Part shown: positions 58,651 to 64,000 of the stretch, in pieces
How positions within the stretch are numbered: position 1 is the first letter of the stretch
Layout of the letters: every line of letters starts with the position of its first letter
Source: a virus
Lineage: Duplodnaviria > Caudoviricetes
Length of the DNA stretch: 64,000 nt
IMG/VR virus record: IMGVR_UViG_3300032030_000005
Coordinates: 241,866 to 305,865 of that record
Strand: one strand, 5' to 3'
Program-made: the position numbers and the translations under genes
The notes under the pieces: generated by a model
Told to the model about the DNA's origin: nothing
Databases searched by the model: none
The model's input: only the letters and a program-made list of their open reading frames with translations

Positions 58651-60666
58651 ATGGATTACCAGAAAGCCAAGGAATATTTACTTAAAAAGAAAAATATACA
58701 AGAAGTTAAAGACTTCTTAACAAAAGCATCTGAAGCTTATTATAATACAGACTCATTAATACTCTCTGACACTGAGTATGATGAATTATATAAAGCTTAT
58801 GTAAATTTAACAGGTGATAAATTTATAGGTGCTAAACCATTAGAAGGTTCTAAAACTGTATCTGTAGAGCATGATTATGATAATCTTGTAGGTACTCTTG
58901 ATAAAGCTAAGAACCTAGAAGAAGTAAAACCTTTCTTAGACAGATATAGAAAGATAAAACTCGAAGACGACTTATTTATGCAGCTCTCTTTAAAGTTTGA
59001 TGGAAACTCTGTTACAATAGAGTATGATAAGGACGGAAACCCTAAGAAAGCTTTAACGAGAGGACAAGATGGTAAAGGAAAAGACATCATTAATGTCTTT
59101 AAAGATGACAGCATAAACATGAATGGATTTAATCTCTCTATGCTAGATTCTGAATTTGCTATTAAATATGAGATGATTACTACATATAGCGATTTTGATA
59201 AACTATGTGAAGAAAATGATATCTCGCTAGCTAATCCAAGATCAGCTGTATCGGGATTATTAAATAAGAATGATGGTTATAAATTTAGAAAATATATAAC
59301 TATGATTCCTCTTGAAATGAGAGTTAAAGAAGAAGGCTTTGCTTTCGATGACAGTGGGTATAAAAAACTATATTTTGATGAAATAGAGGAAGCTTTCCCA
59401 GAGAATTATTTTAATAAATATACAGAATTAACATGTCCTAAAGATCTCGATAAAGCCATGAAGAAAATTGAGGAGTACTATAATCATGTAAATGAGATAA
59501 GAAGTTCTCTCCCATTTATGATAGACGGTATAGTAGTTCAGTTCTTAAATAAGGAGATTATTGATGAATATTTCTATGATCCGAGAGGATTTGTTCCTCA
59601 ATACTCCTTTGCAGTTAAACTTCCTTATCTGGAACATGTAACAACTGTTACAGATATAGACTATTGCTGTGGAAATACAGGACGTATTACACCTAGAATA
59701 TGGTTTGACCCTGTAAAGTTTAATGGTACTACACATACTAAACAACAGATCTCTAACTATAAGAGATTTAAGGAGTTAAATCTTGGTGTAGGTAGTAAGA
59801 TAATGGTGTCTTATCATAACGACTGTTTATCGTATATCACCAAGGTAGATAATCAGCCTAAAGGTATTAAACCTTTTGAGTTTATCAAGACTTGTCCTTT
59901 ATGTGGAGAACCTATTGAAATAACTGTTAATGATAAAGGTGAAACCACATTAGCACAGTGTGTTAACGATAATTGTATAGGACGTCTTAAAGGAAAAATA
60001 GAAAACTATTTTAAGGCAATGTCTATTAAGGGTATTAAGATGAATACTATAGATGAGCTTTATGATAATAAGATAATAACTGATATAACTAGTCTATATA
60101 GTATTGATTATAAAAAGGTAGCAAAGTTATTAGGCCCTAAGATAGCTCAGAATATTCAAAAGGCTATTGAAGAAAAAGAATACTATGACTATGAGATCTT
60201 AGGTTCTTTATCTATTAACGGATTTAATCTAGAAAGTGCAAAGCTTCTTTGTAAAAAATACTCACTAGATGAAATCATAGACTTCTATAATGAAAACAAG
60301 CTTAAGACAAAAATGCTTGAAATTGAAGGCTTTGCAGAGATTTCTACAAATTACTTCATAGAAGGTTTAAAGAATAATGAAAGTACTGTAGAGTTCTTAT
60401 ATTCTAGGGGCTTTAAGGTATACAAGGATAACTTTAAAGATGTTAATAACGAAATTAATATTTGTGTTACTGGATGGAGACCTGATCCAATGCTGGATAT
60501 TAAGTTAACAGCTAATGGATTTAAGGTTAAATCTTCAGTATCTAAAAAAGTTAATATACTTGTTTATTCAGGAGAGCCTGGAGCTACGAAGACAAACAAG
60601 GCTAAGGAATTAGGTATAGAGATGATGTCTAAAGAAGAATTTCTTAAAAAATATAATTTAAATTAA
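58651..60666 (+). CDS. ligA: NAD-dependent DNA ligase
   Basis: YY...SD.EYD domain Ia, KFDG adenylation motif, TRG, NPR, DGIV, TGRITP, Zn finger CPLC, C-terminal BRCT. Confidence 0.95.
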   Translation: MDYQKAKEYLLKKKNIQEVKDFLTKASEAYYNTDSLILSDTEYDELYKAYVNLTGDKFIGAKPLEGSKTVSVEHDYDNLVGTLDKAKNLEEVKPFLDRYRKIKLEDDLFMQLSLKFDGNSVTIEYDKDGNPKKALTRGQDGKGKDIINVFKDDSINMNGFNLSMLDSEFAIKYEMITTYSDFDKLCEENDISLANPRSAVSGLLNKNDGYKFRKYITMIPLEMRVKEEGFAFDDSGYKKLYFDEIEEAFPENYFNKYTELTCPKDLDKAMKKIEEYYNHVNEIRSSLPFMIDGIVVQFLNKEIIDEYFYDPRGFVPQYSFAVKLPYLEHVTTVTDIDYCCGNTGRITPRIWFDPVKFNGTTHTKQQISNYKRFKELNLGVGSKIMVSYHNDCLSYITKVDNQPKGIKPFEFIKTCPLCGEPIEITVNDKGETTLAQCVNDNCIGRLKGKIENYFKAMSIKGIKMNTIDELYDNKIITDITSLYSIDYKKVAKLLGPKIAQNIQKAIEEKEYYDYEILGSLSINGFNLESAKLLCKKYSLDEIIDFYNENKLKTKMLEIEGFAEISTNYFIEGLKNNESTVEFLYSRGFKVYKDNFKDVNNEINICVTGWRPDPMLDIKLTANGFKVKSSVSKKVNILVYSGEPGATKTNKAKELGIEMMSKEEFLKKYNLN

Positions 60667-60738
60667 ATATATATTATTTATATGTCTAAAGAGTAATTAC
60701 TCTTTAGACATATTTTAAATACTTAGGAGGTAAAAACA

Positions 60739-61170
60739 ATGGAAGAAATTTATGAAACCGACGAGATGACAGAAGAGGAAATGGATGAATTTCTAGATTA
60801 TCTAGAAGATCTAGAAGATGATTTTGATATCGATGAAAAATATCATCCAAGAGAAGACGATGATGAATCTGAGGAAGATTCAGATGAAGATGAAACACTA
60901 AATAATAAGAATAATAAGAAATATGAAATAATTGAAAAAGCGAAAAAGAGTGGTTTATCAGTATTGAAATCAAACAAAAACAATGATATGCCATTAGCAC
61001 CATCAAGTAATGGTTCATCGATTAAAATAAATAATAAAGATGGTGGATCAGTAGAAATTCCAAAAGATGTTATATTTGATGGGTTCAGTACATTAATGAA
61101 CCTTGGTAAAGAAATAGGTTATGAATTTTATAAAAGACAATATTATAAAAATAAATATAAGAAACACTAA
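60739..61170 (+). CDS. acidic early protein
   Basis: D/E-rich N-terminal 55 aa; early promoter 60670-60677; AGGAGG RBS. Confidence 0.7.
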   Translation: MEEIYETDEMTEEEMDEFLDYLEDLEDDFDIDEKYHPREDDDESEEDSDEDETLNNKNNKKYEIIEKAKKSGLSVLKSNKNNDMPLAPSSNGSSIKINNKDGGSVEIPKDVIFDGFSTLMNLGKEIGYEFYKRQYYKNKYKKH

Positions 61171-61203
61171 TTAAAGACAATATCATTAAAAAAGAAAATA
61201 ATG

Positions 61204-61234
61204 AGAGTAAGGTATAATATTATACCTTACTCTC
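61204..61234. terminator. bidirectional terminator
   Basis: AGAGTAAGGTATAATATTATACCTTACTCT palindrome between convergent genes. Confidence 0.75.
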
Positions 61235-61250
61235 TTAATATATTTTTTTT

Positions 61251-61661
61251 TTAATTATTCTTTAATGAATAAATAGTAGACTCAATTAATGTAATAATTT
61301 CATCACGTTCTATAGTAATATCAAGCCCTAAACCATTACAAAAATCAGTTAAATAAATGATTACATTCTCAACAGTTCTTTCTAAAGCTTCAGTTTGCTT
61401 TTCCTTATCAAAAATACCCTTCTTCTTTAATTCGTTAACAAATGTCTGATTTGTTTCATTAACACAATGAAGTACTGTTTCATATAAGAAATCTCTTATT
61501 TTAGCACTATCATTAAGTTCAATATTATCATTAATCTTTTCTGTGACCTTATCAATCAGTCTAGTTGTTGCAAAACCAATAATTGCAATAATAATAACTG
61601 ATACAAGTCTAATAATTGAAGTCATTACTTCTTCATTAAATAAATCTTTAACAGTATCCAT
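61251..61661 (-). CDS. holin-like protein (LL-H type)
   Basis: Single N-terminal TM, then V..TNQTFV..LKK.G.FD.E.Q..A and LIES.I. Confidence 0.6.
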   Translation of the reverse strand: MDTVKDLFNEEVMTSIIRLVSVIIIAIIGFATTRLIDKVTEKINDNIELNDSAKIRDFLYETVLHCVNETNQTFVNELKKKGIFDKEKQTEALERTVENVIIYLTDFCNGLGLDITIERDEIITLIESTIYSLKNN

Positions 61662-61673
61662 AGTTAAATCTCC

Positions 61674-62687
61674 TTATTCTTGAATTAATAATTCGTTTGA
61701 TGATATAATATTATAGAACTCTGGATAAGAAATATTTATAATTCTTTCAATAAATGTTTCTGGTGAACTACCAACCATTAATTTCCAGCAATCCATAAAG
61801 AAGTCTGGACTTATGAGATGTTCAATGTGTTTATAAACAGAGTTATAATAATTTATAGCCCATTTGCTTAACTTATTAACGTCTTCAGCTTCTCGGTCAT
61901 ATAAGACTTCTATGCAATAAAAATATAATCTAATCCATACATTGGTAAAATGTGCAAGCTGTCTTTGACCTTTTTCTACACCTCTGTTTTTACATTCATC
62001 ATATACCCATATCATATTCTTTACATAATATTCTATGCTCCAGAAATAATATTCATGACCATTTTTTCTAGTTATAGAAGTTTCATTATAATGCCATATA
62101 TATACTACTTTATCGAGGAATTTGTATTTATCCGTTAACATCCTAAACAAAGTAGTGAAAGCATTATCTTCGTTAGCTCTTGTTGAATTAAAAGTAATAT
62201 TGTTACTAATTAAGAAGCTTCTTTTAAATAATTTACCAAATACCCAAATAAAGTTCTTTTCTCTTTTAATTGTAGAACCATCTTTTAATTCTTCAAAGGC
62301 TAATCCAGAAACCATATTAAGAGTATTATCTGCTTTAATTTCTTTATATAAAACTTTAATTGATGTATTATCATATAATTCATCATCAGAATCTATAAAA
62401 GTTATATATTCACCTTCAGCTAATTCTAATCCTTTTTTTCTAGCTAATCCGGGACCAAAATTAAAATCAAATCTAAAATATTTAATATTAAGACTCTGAG
62501 AATAAAATCTAATAGTATTATTATAATTAATATCTGAATGATCATCTATTACTATAACTTCTATATTCTTGTAATCTTGCTTACATATACTGTTTAAACA
62601 TCTTTTAAATGTTTCTATCTCAGTATTCCATAAAGGGATTATAATAGAAACTAATTTATTTTCTTCATTATTCTTTTCTTGTTTCAT
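61674..62687 (-). CDS. glycosyltransferase family 2
   Basis: SIIIP.WN, IDDHS, GPGLAR..G, FIDSDD, NED. Confidence 0.9.
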   Translation of the reverse strand: MKQEKNNEENKLVSIIIPLWNTEIETFKRCLNSICKQDYKNIEVIVIDDHSDINYNNTIRFYSQSLNIKYFRFDFNFGPGLARKKGLELAEGEYITFIDSDDELYDNTSIKVLYKEIKADNTLNMVSGLAFEELKDGSTIKREKNFIWVFGKLFKRSFLISNNITFNSTRANEDNAFTTLFRMLTDKYKFLDKVVYIWHYNETSITRKNGHEYYFWSIEYYVKNMIWVYDECKNRGVEKGQRQLAHFTNVWIRLYFYCIEVLYDREAEDVNKLSKWAINYYNSVYKHIEHLISPDFFMDCWKLMVGSSPETFIERIINISYPEFYNIISSNELLIQE

Positions 62688-62795
62688 ATTTATTATATCC
62701 TTTCATTTATTTATTTTATATAATATATTTTTTATTTATATATTATTAATGTGTATAATATCAAAGATATTATATAAAATAAATACACAAAGGGG

Positions 62796-64000
62796 ATGTT
62801 AAATTTGGTAGGATGTTTATATTTTTATGATAATAAATATTATATACCAAAATCTGGAGAATATTTACTCGAAGAAAAAGAATTAGATAAGGAATTATTA
62901 TATAATTATCTATTCAGACAAAATAGTAAAACCTTTACTGAAGAAGAAAGAAAACTAATTGAAGACATTGTATGGGTAAATACACAAGAAGCAGAAAACT
63001 GTACAATGAATAATAAAAGAATAATAGAAATTTTAAAAGAATATGATGAAGAATTAGAGATAACAGATAGAGAAAAATTCTTCAAAGAAAAAATTGAAAT
63101 TATTAACGTTAGACTTACTGTAGATTATTATGATGATAATGCATTAGTTAAAAATTCAATAGATTGTAATAAAATGATGGATATTGATTCTATGTATACT
63201 GAATATGCTGTAGTATTTGTTGATAGAAACGATAATTTTTATATAACTGATAATGATTTCAATAATATAACTAAAATTAATCGTAATACTGAAAGAATAT
63301 CACAGTTAGAATATAATATTCGTATGGGTTCTATTAAAAGTCCATATATAAAACCTATATACTTTAATGAAAAATATAAAGATAATCCAACTTATCAAGA
63401 TCCATATGCATATGGTAAAAGACATGAATTTGTTGTTAATAATAAAAATATATGTGATTTTGATTTTGTAAATAATTTAGATAATGATAGTAAATATGTA
63501 TCATATATGCCAATTAATAATAAAATAACTATTAATGACAATATGATTGGTTATTGTGAAATTTTAAATGATATATATGAAAAAATTAATAAATCAAAAG
63601 TAACTCAAAGTATATTAGAAGATGTTGAATTTATGCTTATTATAAATAAAGTTACTATTGATTGGAATAATGATAATAAAATTTGTGATTTAAGTTTTTC
63701 ATTTTTAACTTTATTAGTTAGTTATATTAGAGAAATTGAATATGTATATAACTACTTTGAAGATAGATTTGAATATAAAACTTATTATAATCCATCATTT
63801 ACTAATAATGGTTTTATGTATATACCAATTAGAAGAAAATATATATTAAAACTTGAAAAAGTTTTTAAAGAAGATCTTATTCCTAACTTTAACATATACA
63901 ATAAAAATATATCTAGATCTTTTAATTTTAAAGATATTAATAATTTAGGTAGTAAATATTTAGATATTTTTATTAAAAAGATAATATTATCATCATTTCC
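62796..64000 (+). CDS. hypothetical protein, truncated by the window end
   Basis: Frame appears open from ATG 62796/TTG 62805 (AGGGG RBS) to the window end; early promoter 62739-62746. Confidence 0.6.
   Translation, partial: MLNLVGCLYFYDNKYYIPKSGEYLLEEKELDKELLYNYLFRQNSKTFTEEERKLIEDIVWVNTQEAENCTMNNKRIIEILKEYDEELEITDREKFFKEKIEIINVRLTVDYYDDNALVKNSIDCNKMMDIDSMYTEYAVVFVDRNDNFYITDNDFNNITKINRNTERISQLEYNIRMGSIKSPYIKPIYFNEKYKDNPTYQDPYAYGKRHEFVVNNKNICDFDFVNNLDNDSKYVSYMPINNKITINDNMIGYCEILNDIYEKINKSKVTQSILEDVEFMLIINKVTIDWNNDNKICDLSFSFLTLLVSYIREIEYVYNYFEDRFEYKTYYNPSFTNNGFMYIPIRRKYILKLEKVFKEDLIPNFNIYNKNISRSFNFKDINNLGSKYLDIFIKKIILSSF

Larger units (their letters stand above)
1..64000. other. Jumbo phage genome segment, phiKZ/AR9(PBS1)-like
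   Basis: Split RNAP beta' subunit, split PolB, RecA-like, NAD ligase, capsid-like gene, phage-type promoter motifs and no host housekeeping operons. Confidence 0.9.

Noticed and set aside
4176-62499. Short antisense or out-of-frame ORFs nested in long genes (e.g. 4176, 5801, 9220, 14360, 35951, 39455, 48142, 62122)
   Set aside because: No RBS or promoter; expected shadows of biased codon usage
1-64000. Stop-codon reassignment (TAG or TGA recoding)
   Set aside because: Long genes are intact in code 11 and TAG/TGA end genes at sensible places (e.g. 3200, 13080)
1-64000. tRNA/rRNA genes, inteins, chimallin or tubulin (PhuZ)
   Set aside because: No cloverleaf, intein splice motifs or recognisable nucleus-shell/tubulin signatures seen by eye; divergent ones could be missed

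Overview
AT-rich (roughly 27-30% GC by eye) segment of a jumbo phage of the phiKZ/AR9(PBS1)-like group, probably infecting a Firmicute (strong AAAGGAGG ribosome-binding sites, LL-H-type holin, BspA-type LRRs). It encodes a split multisubunit RNA polymerase beta' C-terminal subunit, a split family-B DNA polymerase, an SF2 helicase, an NAD-dependent ligase, a RecA/UvsX gene interrupted by a group I intron that carries a homing endonuclease, a likely major capsid protein, several head proteins with x-x-E processing motifs, and a ~22 kb block of surface/receptor-binding proteins (CotH kinase, Ig-like, LRR, collagen-like/SGNH). The intergenic DNA shows a clear two-class promoter code: TATATTAT before non-structural genes and AACA-N6-TA (the AR9 late promoter consensus) mostly before structural genes, plus a family of related palindromic terminators. 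The most unusual signals are: (i) a repeated 5'-leader H-type pseudoknot with a compensatory base change ahead of two stand-alone early genes; (ii) stem-loops placed just after most early promoters; (iii) an array of self-contained fibre cassettes sharing one N-terminal anchor motif; (iv) a hairpin-split Shine-Dalgarno on the capsid gene; (v) unannotated micro-ORFs with their own promoters. All functional calls come from motif recognition only; no searches were run.
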